64,000 bases of DNA from Candidatus Bathyarchaeota archaeon (GTDB lineage: Archaea; Thermoproteota; Bathyarchaeia; Bathyarchaeales; DTEX01): positions 160,001 through 224,000 of the forward strand of contig CAVQNT010000003.1 of assembly GCA_963714275.1 (NCBI GenBank), read 5' to 3'. Shown piece after piece: positions 45,193 through 56,833 of the stretch. Position 1 is the stretch's first letter. Each line of letters opens with the position of its first letter. The notes below the pieces were generated by a model. That model was not told where the DNA came from. It did no database searches and saw only the letters and a program-made list of their open reading frames with translations. Both the position numbers and the translations under genes were made by a program.

Positions 45193-47525
45193 TTATATAT
45201 CAACATGGATTCTGCCGCCATTTGGATACAGCCGTGAATAGTTTTTTAGCAATTGGACAGTGACCGGTATTCCCTTGGGTCCTTCCACATCTATTTCTAT
45301 TTTTTTACCAACCTTTTTCCAGTCTACTTTGACCATACCTTGAACCGTAGGCATCTGCCCCTTGGCGTATTCGTAAATGAATTGTGGCTTAACAAGAATC
45401 ACCTCGAACCCAGGTTTCAAGGGTTTAATCCCCAAGACTGCGGTCAGAAAATCCACTGCTGGCCAAGACGACCACGCGTGACAGTCGCTTCTTCCGGGTT
45501 CGTCCCCCTCCTGCCAGGTGGTTAGGTGCCGCACCATCATCTGTCGGTAATCCTCAAGCTGATGTTTGCTGAATTCTTCGTAATGGCCAGTCTGTTCCAG
45601 TGCACGGGCAAGGTAGTAACCATATGGTTTCAGCATAAATCCGCTAACTGCGTCAGTGAAAAGTTTACTCGTGATTTGACTGATTTGGTCCTGCGTGGCG
45701 GCTCCAGCAAGGATCGGTTGCACCTGACTATGCTGGCTGACTGGTTTTTCTATCAGTTCAGGAGACTCCGCGAACAGGCGTTGTTTCTTGTCCCAGCATA
45801 AGTCGTGAACGGCAATCCTTACTCGGTTTGCCAATGGTCGCCAGCGGTCAGCGTCCTCTTTGAATCCAGCTTCCTCGTGCAAACGAATGGCGGCTGTTAA
45901 GGCAGCAAGGTATAGACTGGAAATGTAGGTTGATCCACCGTCCGCAACTGCCTTCGTCAGCATCGAGCCTCCTTCGCCATTGCCTCCGATCGGATTCCAA
46001 TACGGAAGCTTGCCCACAAGATTGTCCTCTCGCAGGTAGCTTCGGAACCACGTTAACACACCGTCAACCGCGAACAGATTGGACCGAACGAAGTCAGCGT
46101 CCTTTTTGCCTACCCACTCCCAATAGTCTTGAACCATCAGGACCCACGCCAAAGCAAAGTATGGCAGCCTGTGTGTACGTCTCGAGGGTACGCGGCAATG
46201 GATAAGGCCGTCAGGACGCATCGAGTTCCGGAACAGGAGGATTGAACGTCGCGGCAGTCTGGTTTCTCCAGCCAAGGCAAGGCTGCAGAGCGCCTCGTTT
46301 CGGGCGTCAAAAATGTAATGCAGCTGCTCGTAGTACGGGCAGTCTTCATAGGTTTCGTGGCTGCACAACTGAAGCGTGCGCCAGCTTATTTCCATCATTC
46401 TTTTCGAGTCTGGGTCTGAAGATTCGTAGTTGGCTTTTAGTTCCTGAGACCATGTTGTGAACCTGTAAGTTGCATCTTTGAGAACAAAGGGTTCATTTCC
46501 AGCGGAGACTTTTATGCGGATGAACCAGAAGGTGCGCCAATGGAAAGACTCGTAATAGAAAAATCCGCCGGGAAGAACGACCGTATCGTAGTAGCCAACG
46601 ATTACGCCCCTTTCAAGTTCATCCCGAACTGCCTTTTTCGTTGGGAAAGTACGGTTGCCCCTAGTAACATTTTCATTGACTTGTTCTCCATAGATTATTT
46701 CGACGGTACGTCCTTTTCCCCCTTCAAATTGAAGCTCAAGAAACCCCGTTGTCAACACGCCTGCATCAAGAATTATTTCGCCAGCCTCACCTGCCACTAG
46801 CCTCCACCCTTTTGGCGCGTCGCCGAACAGGTGTTCCGTCTCTTTCATGTCGCAAATGGTGCGAACGAAGCTTCTCGGTTCCTCAACCAACATCGGCACA
46901 TCGCGCGGCGTCAAGTGCCAAACGGCGTGTAATTCGCCCCACGTGGGATCCACGTCTGCGGCGACAACAAAACAGGCATCTTCCCAGTCGGAATCGTCAA
47001 AACCTGGGTACCACCAGCCGACGGGATATTTGGTTCCGTCAACCAGTTCCATATGGTCCAGAAAGTTCATTGCGTTGGAAAAATGTGTAACGTTCGGTTT
47101 GACGGCGCGGTCAACTTGTACCTTCCAGTTCTTCGGCGTGTCGATGCCTGTGGTCCTTGGTCCTTGCAGAAGAAACCCAGAGTAACCACTGTGGATTTCG
47201 TTGTTTGGGCTGTTGAGACCAAACCACACAACTTCAGCCGCGATAACATTACGACCTTTCTTTAACAGTTTACCAATGTCATAGTTTTCATAGTAGTAAC
47301 AATCCAGTTCGCCTTTCAGTGGTCCTCTACCCGCCCTTTGCCCGTTCACGAACAAACGGTAACGGCTATCCGCCGAGACACTAACAATGAAACTGTCAGG
47401 CTTTTCGTCAAGATGAAAGGTACGCCTGAAACGGCGAATGCACAGTCCAGGTCCACCGCGCTCCGACTCCAAGCAAACGCGGCTTGCCATCGTCCCTTAA
47501 CCTCGTAACCCTCGATGAGGCTCAA
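45193..47525 (-). CDS. GH78 alpha-L-rhamnosidase; N-terminal frameshift likely
   Basis: SADSRYRLFVNG, EDCPYYEQL and RSDCHAWS. Confidence 0.85.
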
Positions 47526-47689
47526 CAGTCGTCCTCCTCCATCATAACCCGATACGTCACAGTCATTATTTCAGCTTTCCCAAACAACCCCTTCCTGATT
47601 GATTGGGAAAAAAGAATAATAACCAAAGTCCGCATCTATCTAAACGCTGGGCAACAAGCCACTGCACAACAGCAAGCAGAATCGTCGAA

Positions 47690-47776
47690 GCCGGGTTACC
47701 CTAGCCTGGTATGGGGCAGGCCTGCTAAGTCTGTGACCGTTTGGTCGCGTGGGTTCGAATCCCACACCCGGCGCCA
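47690..47776 (+). tRNA. tRNA-Ser(GCT), intronless, CCA encoded
   Basis: Acceptor stem GCCGGGT/ACCCGGC with G73; anticodon arm CAGGC-CTGCTAA-GTCTG; long variable arm; GGTTCGAATCC T-loop. Confidence 0.95.
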
Positions 47777-47810
47777 TTTTACAAAAACAATTTTTTTTGT
47801 TGGATTGTTG

Positions 47811-48335
47811 CTAGGTTGGTACAATTTGTTGTTGGGCTAAATGAACGATTTTTTCTATGAATGCTGTTTTTGCGTCCGTGTAGCCGACGCGGTTTATACC
47901 GAACTTTTTTGAGAGCCTCCTTTTTAGTTTGTAGTATTTTTCAGCCACGTCCGAATGGTTTCTTAGGTAGTCTCGAAAAACCAGATGTCTGTTCCAGTGA
48001 CCACTTTGGAATTTCATGAGGTGCAGGTGGTATCCTACACTGTGGGGCGCTTTTCCTAGGCAGTAAAACCATTCTGAGTTGTCGGGTTCAGGCGTAACAT
48101 CAGTATAGCCGATTTTCTGTAATGGAAAAAGGCATTCATCGGCGTTGGTCTTATTATGGACTCCAACCATTATGTCTATGATCGGCTTCGCCCCCAAACC
48201 GGGCACTGCGGTGCTGCCTACGTGTTCGATGGCCAAGATTCTGTCTCCGACTGCCTCTAGAATTTGTTGTTTCTCTTTTTCATACAGAATTGGCCAATCG
48301 GGATCGTAGTCTACGATTATTACAGGACCCGGCAT
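47811..48335 (-). CDS. GrpB family (UPF0157) nucleotidyltransferase-fold protein
   Basis: IEHVGSTAVPGLGAKPIIDI and FRDYLR. Confidence 0.9.
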   Translation of the reverse strand: MPGPVIIVDYDPDWPILYEKEKQQILEAVGDRILAIEHVGSTAVPGLGAKPIIDIMVGVHNKTNADECLFPLQKIGYTDVTPEPDNSEWFYCLGKAPHSVGYHLHLMKFQSGHWNRHLVFRDYLRNHSDVAEKYYKLKRRLSKKFGINRVGYTDAKTAFIEKIVHLAQQQIVPT

Positions 48336-48452
48336 GGTAAGCCCAATTTATTCGGTCTCGTTTTCGGTATATAAACATGCATATTCGAAACAGGCAATGG
48401 CATGTTAGAATTAAATGCGTCTAAGGTTCTTCTATTATGCGTGGTGTTAGCT

Positions 48453-49886
48453 ATGTCAGCCGAAAAAGAGTCTTCCAGCTCATGGATTGAGGAAAACAGG
48501 ACAAGAATAATCAAAATCAGCGACGAAATTTGGGAGCTTGCTGAGCTCGGGCTGATCGAGTTTAAGTCTTCGAAGATTCTTGCAGACGAGCTTGAAAGAA
48601 ACGGCTTCAAGGTTGAACGTGGAGTCGCGGGGATGCCTACAGCTTTCGTTGCATCGTGGGGCAGTTCCAAACCCGTCATAAGCATATTGGGCGAATTTGA
48701 CGCTTTACCTGGACTTTCACAAAAGAAGGCTCCCTCAAAAGAACCATTACATCTTGGAAAACCTGGACACGGTTGCGGACACAACATTCATGGCACAAGC
48801 GGCATGGCAGCGGCTGTAGCCATCAAAAACGCAATGCAGAAACACCGAATTGGGGGCACGATAAAGTTTTTTGGTTGCCCAGCTGAGGAAAACTTCAACG
48901 GTAAAGTCTTCATGGTCAGAGACGGATGCTTTAGCGGCGTTGACGCCGTGTTAAGCCATCATCCAGGCGACATGAACTGTGCTACCTTGAAGAGCTGCTT
49001 GTCCCTCGACAACGTTAAGTTCAGTTTTTTTGGCAAGTCCGCTCACGCTGGAGGCTCGCCTCATCAGGGCAGAAGCGCTTTAGACGCTGTTGAGCTGATG
49101 AACGTTGGGGTCAACTATCTGAGGGAACATGTGATTCAGGATGCTAGAATTCACTATGTTATTGAGAAAGGCGGCGAACAGCCTAACATTGTTCCAGACT
49201 ATGCGCGAAGCTGGTATTACGTGAGGGCGCCTGAAAGAAACCAGGTTGAATACCTGTATAACTGGGTTCTTGATATTGCTGAAGGTGCTGCCAAAATGAC
49301 CAGAACGGAAATGAAATATGAGTCCATGGGCGGACTTTACAACTTGATTCCTAACAAGACCATATGTGAAAAGATCACAAGCAATATGCGGGAAATCGGA
49401 GTCCCCAAATATGATGAAGAAGATTTAGAGTTCGCACAGAAAATTTCGGAATCGATCCCGCCTGAAATGAAGTATGAAGAAATGAAAGAGTCTAAACGAC
49501 CAAATTGGGAAAGTCTTCTTGACAAGTTGTTGGACGACGAGGTTCCTGATCCTTGGGGAGAAGGCTTGGTCAGCCACGGAAGCACAGACGTTGCGGACGT
49601 AAGTTGGCAGATACCTGCCGTGGAGTTCAGCACAGCAACATGGGTTCTCGGCACACCAGGACACTCGTGGCAGAACGTTGCTCAAAGCGGCGTCGGAATT
49701 GGACACAAATCCCTAATCTTCGCAGCGAGGGTTATGGCTGCAACAAGCATCGACCTTTTGACTGACACAGAGCTTCTGAAAAGAGCGAATAAAGAACACA
49801 AACAAAGACTTGTAGGTAAAGAGTATAAGAGCCCTTTACCCCTTGGGATTCAACCGCTCTTGGACATATGGAACAAATCAGTATAG
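48453..49886 (+). CDS. M20 amidohydrolase (AbgB-like)
   Basis: GEFDALPG, GHGCGHN, PAEE and GSTDVADVSW. Confidence 0.9.
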   Translation: MSAEKESSSSWIEENRTRIIKISDEIWELAELGLIEFKSSKILADELERNGFKVERGVAGMPTAFVASWGSSKPVISILGEFDALPGLSQKKAPSKEPLHLGKPGHGCGHNIHGTSGMAAAVAIKNAMQKHRIGGTIKFFGCPAEENFNGKVFMVRDGCFSGVDAVLSHHPGDMNCATLKSCLSLDNVKFSFFGKSAHAGGSPHQGRSALDAVELMNVGVNYLREHVIQDARIHYVIEKGGEQPNIVPDYARSWYYVRAPERNQVEYLYNWVLDIAEGAAKMTRTEMKYESMGGLYNLIPNKTICEKITSNMREIGVPKYDEEDLEFAQKISESIPPEMKYEEMKESKRPNWESLLDKLLDDEVPDPWGEGLVSHGSTDVADVSWQIPAVEFSTATWVLGTPGHSWQNVAQSGVGIGHKSLIFAARVMAATSIDLLTDTELLKRANKEHKQRLVGKEYKSPLPLGIQPLLDIWNKSV

Positions 49887-50228
49887 CGGTATCAAAGAAA
49901 AAAAATATATTATATGAGGAAAAGTTTTCACAACTTGTCTTGTGATCCAGCTTACGTGCTAAGGATTATGACCTTGTCTTTCTTATTTGATACAAAAAAG
50001 ACCAGAGCAATGTCGAGTATAACCAAAACCATGATTATGAAGAGTACCTCTAAAAAAATAGGTCGTGAAGAAGGTAAACAGCTAGTCCACTAACCTGCTT
50101 AAGGAATTCTACATGTTAAAACGGTGCTGTCAAATTCATAAATCCCTTATGAACAACCTATATAGAGCCTTAACAAATATCAGAAACGAATGCAACTGTC
50201 TCAATCTATCTAAATACAGCCTTTTTGT

Positions 50229-50426
50229 CTATTTGTGCAGCGAAACAAAGCGTCTAGTGGACCTGTCATAAGATTTTTCCACTTGAGACGGGAAAAAGCA
50301 AGCTGGCAATTCACCATGTGACCTGTGAGTTCTTATGCATTCGCAGCACTTGCCTTTTAGGTCGCAGGAATATGTACAGTTACAGTCTTCAAGGTTAATC
50401 TCAACATTTGGACAAGCTTCTCTCAA
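50229..50426 (-). CDS. Small Cys-rich protein (DUF6485-like)
   Basis: CNCTYSCDLKGKCCECI...PACFF...YDRS. Confidence 0.7.
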   Translation of the reverse strand: MREACPNVEINLEDCNCTYSCDLKGKCCECIRTHRSHGELPACFFPSQVEKSYDRSTRRFVSLHK

Positions 50427-50510
50427 AACCTAGCTCACCTTTTCACATGCACCATTATAAATAAAGATAAAATCTTTCCCTATAAAAGTGAAACCATCGA
50501 GCGAGAAAGT

Positions 50511-51475
50511 TTAGGCGCTTCTTACGGTAATGCCTGTCTTTTTGTACATCAGATACTTTTCAAATTTCTGTCTTGTCGGGCTACCTCGAGTCTCAGGCTT
50601 CGTTGCCTTCAACGCGCCAGCCAAGTTCGCTCGTTCCAAACATTCCTCGTCGTTCAAGCCCCGCGATTTCGAAGCCACGAACATTCCCAGAAAAGCATCT
50701 CCGCAACCAACGGTATTCACAACTTTCAAGCCGAGCTCTTCTAAGTTGACACCTGGCACCGTGACCATCCACTCTGAAGTCATTAGTGAACAGCCCCTTT
50801 CCCCAAGCTTCACAATAAGTCTCAACCGATCGTTAAATGATATTAGTTTCTTCCACGCTTTTGTGGGTTCTTTTTCTCCAGTCAGGTTCTTTACCTCAAC
50901 TTGGTTGACCACAAGGTAGTCAAGGTTCTCGAGAACCTCACCCAGCTTTTCCATACCGAGTACGCTTCTGACACCTGCGTCCCAAACAACAAATTTTGCG
51001 TTTTTCTTTGCCAAAGTAGCTGCTGCTTTAATAGTTTCAAGAGGCGGATCAATCAAAGCGACGATGGATGATTCCTTGATTAAACCATAAATCTCGTTAA
51101 CCTGTAAATCCTTCGGCATAAGTTTGAGGTTCGCTCCGAAAAGGGTGTTAATGACGTTTCTTCCGTTCTTGTCGATTAGTATGTAGGCTTGCCCTGATTC
51201 CGCGTCCTCAATGACCTTTATTCCAGAAACTACGACACCTTCATCCTTCAGTATCTTCATTTGTTGGTCTGCAAAGGAGTCTCTTCCCAAGCAACCGATA
51301 AGAGCCACCTGGTCTGGACCCAAGATTCTGGCTGAGGCGACTGCCACGTTCGCAGCTTTCCTCCGGGAACACGCGATATTTTTTCAACAGGAACCTCTTC
51401 GCCGATTTCGGGAAACCTTTCTACAAACAGGTTTATGTCCCAGTTAATTGCGCCTACGACGCATATTTTGACCAA
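50511..51475 (-). CDS. Ribokinase-like PfkB kinase; frameshift near 51355
   Basis: VVGAINWD, PGGK and NTVGCGDAF. Confidence 0.8.
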
Positions 51476-51513
51476 AAATTCCGCCTTCCACTTATTTATT
51501 GTTCTGGAATTGT

Positions 51514-52571
51514 TCACATCCAAGGATCCACTATGACCTTTATGGCATCCACGTTTCGGTTCTCAAGCGCGTTAATTGCTTCCTCTATTTTTTCAAGCGG
51601 AAACTTGTGGGTAATGAACTTTTTCACGTCGACCTTACCAGACGCCACGAGGCTTAAGGCTTCTAGGTATTGGCTTCTGTTAGAGGCGTTTGCCCCATGC
51701 ACGTGCAACTCGTTGTAATGAATCAAATTCGCGTCAATGTTGGCATAAGAGTCTTCTTTCGGAACTCCAGCAAAAAGCTCACATCCGCGTCAACCGCAGC
51801 CATCTCGAGAGCTTCCCTTTGAATTTCCTTTGAAGAAGCCGCACATATTACGACGTCTACACCTAACCCGTCCGTTAGTTCCTTGACTTTGTCAACAAGA
51901 CTACAAGTGCTGGCATCAACGTAGGTGTCCACGGGTAAACCTATTTTTTGTGCAAGAACAAGCCGCGGAGAAGAACGGTTAATCAGAATCACCTTAGCGC
52001 CTTTCTGTTTAGCGTACTCTGTGTGAAGCATGCCGATTATGCCAGCGCCTATTACGACAGCTGTGAAACCTTGAGGACGGAGTTTGAAGGGGTGCCACCC
52101 GTTAATCACGCACGAAAGGGGTTCGACGACGCTGGCTTCCTCAAAAGATAACGATTTAGGTATCTTGATAACGTTTCCCTGCTTTACAGCGGGTTTCGGC
52201 ATGAGGAGAAACTGCGCGTACCCTCCGTTGAACTGGTAGCCTATAGCTTTGTACTTTCTTCGGCAACGGTTTTCTTCGCCTTTTTTGCACGCGTCGCATC
52301 TGCCGCATCCGACAACTGTTTCTGGGATAACTTTGTCGCCAACAGAGTAACCTTCGACGCCTTCGCTTATTTCTTCAATTATGCCTGAAATTTCGTGCCC
52401 CGTGATTTGAACGTCGATTTTCTTTTGTCCACGGAAAATCCGTAAGTCAGTGCCGCAGACAGCGCAGGCTTTCACTTTGATTAGGATTTCGCCTTGTCCG
52501 CATTTGGGTTTATCAACCTCTGACACTACGAATTGTCCGGGTTTAGTTAGAATTGCTGCTTTCATCTTCAT
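51514..52571 (-). CDS. Zn-dependent polyol/alcohol dehydrogenase; frameshift near 51775
   Basis: CGTD, GHE, structural Zn cysteines and GAGIIG. Confidence 0.85.
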
Positions 52572-52735
52572 TTGTTAGCCACAATGTTACTTTAGGTTTA
52601 AGCAGAGAAAAAGGTTTTCGAGTGTTGGTTTTTAGCAGTTACAACGGAATCAAAAAGTTCATTGTTCAAACACTTTTTTGTACCTAAAAGATAATATATC
52701 TAGGAAATAATGAACATTTTAAGAGTGGTGCTAGC

Positions 52736-53935
52736 ATGGTTACTGAGGTCATAATGCCGAAGATGGGGCAGACGATGGAAAAGGGGAAGATCATAAGGTG
52801 GCTTAAAAAAGAAGGCGAAGAGGTCCAAAAAGAAGAGCCACTGCTTGAGATTGAAACTGACAAGACGACCATTGAGGTTGAGTCCAGAGGCACAGGCATC
52901 CTAAAAAAGATTCTAGTCCAAGAAGGAGAAGAAGCCCCCATATCTGCCGTAATCGGCTATATTGCCAAAGAAGACGAAATTCTCCCCGTAGAAATAAGTC
53001 AGAAAACAGAATTGTTAGCTGAAAAAATCCTCAGCTGAAAACGCTGTGAAACCGTTAAAAATTGTTACAAATGTCGAAAACATTGAAAGAATTAAAGCTT
53101 CGCCGTTAGCTGAAAAGCTCGCAGATGAATTAGGCGTCGATGTAAGCCAAGTTAAAGGCACAGGACCAGGAGGAAGAATCACTAGGGAAGACGTTCTCGC
53201 ATTTGCATCTAAGAAGCCATCACTAGTTGTTGAGGAAACAGTTCCAGCGTTTCAGGCAGTCCCCATGACGAGCATGCGGAAAGCCATCGCTGCGATGATG
53301 GTTCAAAGCAAAACCAGCGTCCCACATTTCTATGTCAGCGCACAGGTCGACATGACGGAGGTAGTTAAATTGCGGGAGAAGATACTTCCTGCTTACGAGA
53401 CTGAGTTTGGAGTCCGATTGTCCTTTACTCACATACTGGTCAAAGCTGTTGCTACAGCGCTTAAGGAGTTTCCTCAGTTGAACTCGACTTTTGAGTATGA
53501 AGCCATCAGACAGTGGAAAGACATCAACGTCGGAGTCGCTGTCAGCTTGGACGACGGACTGATCGTTCCGGTTCTCAGAAAAGCCAACGAGTTAAGCCTT
53601 AAGGAAATCGCTGTGAGGATGACTGAGACTCATGGTAAAGGCGAGGGACCGGAAACTCCGCGAGGAAGAGTTTTCGGGTGGGACTTTCACGATTTCTAAC
53701 ATGGGCGCTTTTGGCGTTGACTCCTTTATTGCCATCATCAACGTTCCCGAGGCAGCTATTCTTGCATCAGGCGCCATAAATGACAGAGTGGCTGTCGTAA
53801 ACAGCGAATTTGTCTTGAGAAAGATGATGAATGTTACGTTGTCAGACTGATCACCGTGTCGTCGACGGAGTCTACGCTGCAAAGTTCCTCCAGAAAGTCA
53901 AGAACCTACTGGAAACGCCCCAGAATTTAGTCTAA
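52736..53935 (+). CDS. Dihydrolipoamide acyltransferase (E2); 3 frameshifts
   Basis: Lipoyl motif [19 protein letters not shown]...[16 protein letters not shown] and DHRVVDG in the final frame. Confidence 0.85.
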
Positions 53936-53956
53936 CTAAAATATTTACTTACAGCA

Positions 53957-54024
53957 ATAATCGTTTTATTGCGTTTTAGTCTGGTCTGTTTTGTGTAACA
54001 TCCGATTTTCAGTTTTGTGTAACA
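53957..54024 (-). repeat. Inverted copy of the 40-bp bipartite repeat (53985-54024) with tail
   Basis: Minus strand reads TGTTACACAAAAC-TGAAAATCGGA-TGTTACACAAAACAGA-CCAGACTAAAACGC. Confidence 0.8.
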
Positions 54025-54081
54025 AATTGCCATTTATGAAAATATTTTTTTTACCGAAATCAGCGGTTATCCCAAGGATTA

Positions 54082-54705
54082 TCAAAGAATGTTTTTGACA
54101 ATTTTTGCGACTGCTTCACCTCACTGTTTGTGCGCTTCTTTTTCGAGGTGTATTCCGTCGATGTCGCTTGATTTGATTACGGTTGAGGTGTCGAAGAGTT
54201 CGCATCCGTACATCTTTGCTACGTTTCTAAAATGTTCAGTGAACCTTTGGGACTTCTCGCGTCCTCCCTCAAACATCTCGTTAAGGCATGTGAGCTTCCC
54301 CAAAGGCGGAGGAACAAGCAACAGAACCTTCGGCGCCTTCCAGTTTCTGCCGCTTCCGCTTTTGTTAACGGTGTCGACGAGGACTCCAGATCCGAAGGCA
54401 ATGTCTTGAGCTGAGACTGAGAACCATTTCTTGAGCTCGTTCGTTCCCAACAAAATGATGACAAGGTCAAGAGGCGAGTGGGTTGCGAGGCACGGAATCA
54501 AATATTCCTTGCCATTTTTGTGCCCTTCAATGGGGTCTTCCCAGACGGTGGTTCTGCCCCCTAACCCCTCCTCAATCACATGATATTCGTCGCCGAGGGC
54601 TTTCTGAAGGACGCCGGGCCACCTGTCGTCCCTGCTGAACCTTCCGCCCGTTGTTGGGTCTGCCCCCCAAGTGTTCGAATCGCCGTAACATAATACTTTA
54701 AACAT
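54082..54705 (-). CDS. SGNH/GDSL hydrolase (arylesterase-like); in-frame TGA at 54121-54123 removes the last 12 aa
   Basis: GDSNTWG, GLGGRT, LGTNE and DGIH; the frame continues GEAVAKIVKNIL* after the TGA. Confidence 0.85.
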
Positions 54706-54908
54706 AGCCAGCGTCCCTTCCTTGCGTTTAAGACCGAAACAATCTTCACTTACGCTTTCTCAAGCTTTCTGAGCTATCGTATATAAAATTTGGCTCACCG
54801 AGGTTTAAAAAAAAACAACTGCGACTTCACGTTAAAACAACTAATCCTTATGCGTCACGAAAGCCACGTGAATTAAGGAACTAAGTTTCAGGAAAATTAA
54901 TGATCTAA

Positions 54909-55295
54909 TCAACAGTGCGTTATTTCTTCGTTATCAGACAGCAATTCAATAATTTCCTGTTCTTTTTTGAGCCAAAACTCGCCATACTCGACTGTTCTTC
55001 CCATCTTGGATTCAACGAGCCTAAGAAACTCTTTGGAACCAACCTTTTTGATGCATTAGACGAAGCCTCTGCAGAGTCCTTTCCACGCTTCGTTAGACGG
55101 GTTAAAGTATCCGTTTTCGCACGGGGCTTTGTCACACTGCCAGCATCCTTCAAACCCTTTTCCAGTACAGCAGATGCGCTAAAAACAGTCAGGGTCGCCG
55201 CCTTCGCTTCCGCATCCCCTGCATGGGTTGGGTGGCTTAACAGTGTTCTTGCGCACCTTACAGACTAATCCGCAATATCCTAAGGGTTCAACCAA
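54909..55295 (-). pseudogene. DUF3795-like Cys-rich protein with two in-frame stops (not in the ORF track)
   Basis: Hand translation VEPLGYCGLVCKVRKN...PCRGC...DCF*RICCTGKGFEGCWQCDKAPC...GFV*CIKK...; stops at 55179-55181 and 55056-55058. Confidence 0.75.
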
Positions 55296-56389
55296 AGTTT
55301 GGTTCTCCTTTTTTGTTCTGGTTGCCTTCCAAAAAAGGTTCTGAGCTTAAAAGCATATCATTAATCAGCGTCTTAGCGGTCTTGTTATCTTTGTATAGCA
55401 CGAGGTAAACTCTCCAGTAGTCTGGCTTTTCTCTTAGCAGTGGCTGGTCAACGGTTAACCCTAACATCCAATCCTCCAGTCCAGCCTCTTCGTATAACTC
55501 TTTTTCGACTTGTGCAAGATTCGATGGATGCGTCAGCCTCAAGGCGTCTCCTCTGAGTTCAACGAATTTTTTGTCCATGAAAATTTTGTACTTACCTTTG
55601 CTTAACCCATCTGCCCAACGTGGAAGTTTAATTTTCATAAAATTGTATGCTTCACGGTTAGTCAGCCTAAAGAAGGTGAGGAGTCAGCTCCTCCTTCAGC
55701 ATCCTTAAGGCTCTTCCAAGCATCGTCCAGCAGATCATGTTGTACCCGTCGTTCCAGACGTAGGAATAGACCTTCTCGAAATCTCCTGCCCACCTCCTCT
55801 TTAGACCATCCGGCATGTTTTGGCTATCTAAATCCAACGACATTGAAGAAGCAACCTCTGAGGGAACATATGATGCTTTGCCTAAGGGTTTTCCTGGAAC
55901 AGTCGTCATAAACCTGTATATGTTATCCGCATTGTCGAGGTCAGGAAAACCATAAAGCAACGGCGAAAGGTCATGTTGTCCTTCAAGAACCGCGTAAAAC
56001 TCGTCCAAATCCAACCCATACTTTTCCAAAATTTTGTGGTCCTCAACGGGGCTGTGTTCGAACGCGAAACGCACTGCGCCTTCATGCGTAAATCCTAATA
56101 TTTCTTTCATTGTTTGGTCCGAAATGTGCGGGAACGGACCATCGCCCGCATCGTGCAAGGTTGCAGCTGCCGTTAAAAGAAGCCTGTCATGATTGTTTCC
56201 GCCAGAAACGAGGAGAGAAAGCTTTCCCACAGCAATTGAGTGTTGAAATCTGGATGCTGTGGCGACATGAGGTCCCAGCCAGCTTGGAACAGCGGAGAGG
56301 GTAATGTGCTTCAGTCTTTGAATTATGGATGTCTCAGAAAGGTCCTCTGGTAGGGAGGTTTGTGAACTGTTTGTTCCCAACACAATCAC
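55288..56389 (-). CDS. HD-domain phosphohydrolase; frameshift near 55670
   Basis: IQRLKHI, SRFQHS, LHDAGDGPFPH and DLDNAD; C-terminus lies in ORF 55288..55638. Confidence 0.75.
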
Positions 56390-56833
56390 TTTTTAGGCAC
56401 GAAATCGGATTAGCTGTAAAGTCGATAGGCGCATTGGGTGACTGAACATTATGAGTCTCGTTCAATCAACCTTAAAAGACTAACGAAAAGACATACACTA
56501 ATATGGAAGTGCAGGTTGCTAGCTGGCTATTCATCTACAAAAATACTAACGAAATGCTTAAGGGAAAAGAACCGTATCAGGAAATTACCTCAATTCTAAG
56601 AAAGATCACAAAAGTTGATCATGTAGAAATTTAAAAAAAATTAGAATAGAAATTTGTTATTTGAACGAAAAATTTTCCTTCAGCTTCATTGACTTGGGAC
56701 GTATACAAAAAACAATGTGGCAGTAAATTTGATTTTTTCAGGAATCACCAATAATTATTATTTTAAACGATTAATGAAAGTAGTCGCATTAACATATAAG
56801 CTGGCTGAAAGGAGTCCATATATGACTTGAAGG

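Noticed and set aside
46991-47012. 18/22 match to the sequence overlapping the tRNA-Ser 5' end (possible att site)
   Set aside because: It lies inside the intact rhamnosidase CDS, no integrase is present and no tRNA 3' duplication was seen; likely chance
47484-47840. 118-aa ORF overlapping the tRNA, and the many antisense ORFs in the track
   Set aside because: Shadow ORFs of real genes with no recognisable motifs
49920-50110. Short hydrophobic reading frame on the minus strand
   Set aside because: No clear start codon and interrupted by stops; cannot be supported as a gene
54121-54123. Selenocysteine readthrough of the in-frame TGA in the SGNH hydrolase
   Set aside because: The position is a non-catalytic helix residue where Leu is expected, and no SECIS was recognised; a nonsense change or base error is more likely
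54909-55295. TAA/TAG reassignment or pyrrolysine
   Set aside because: TAA and TAG terminate many intact genes in this window
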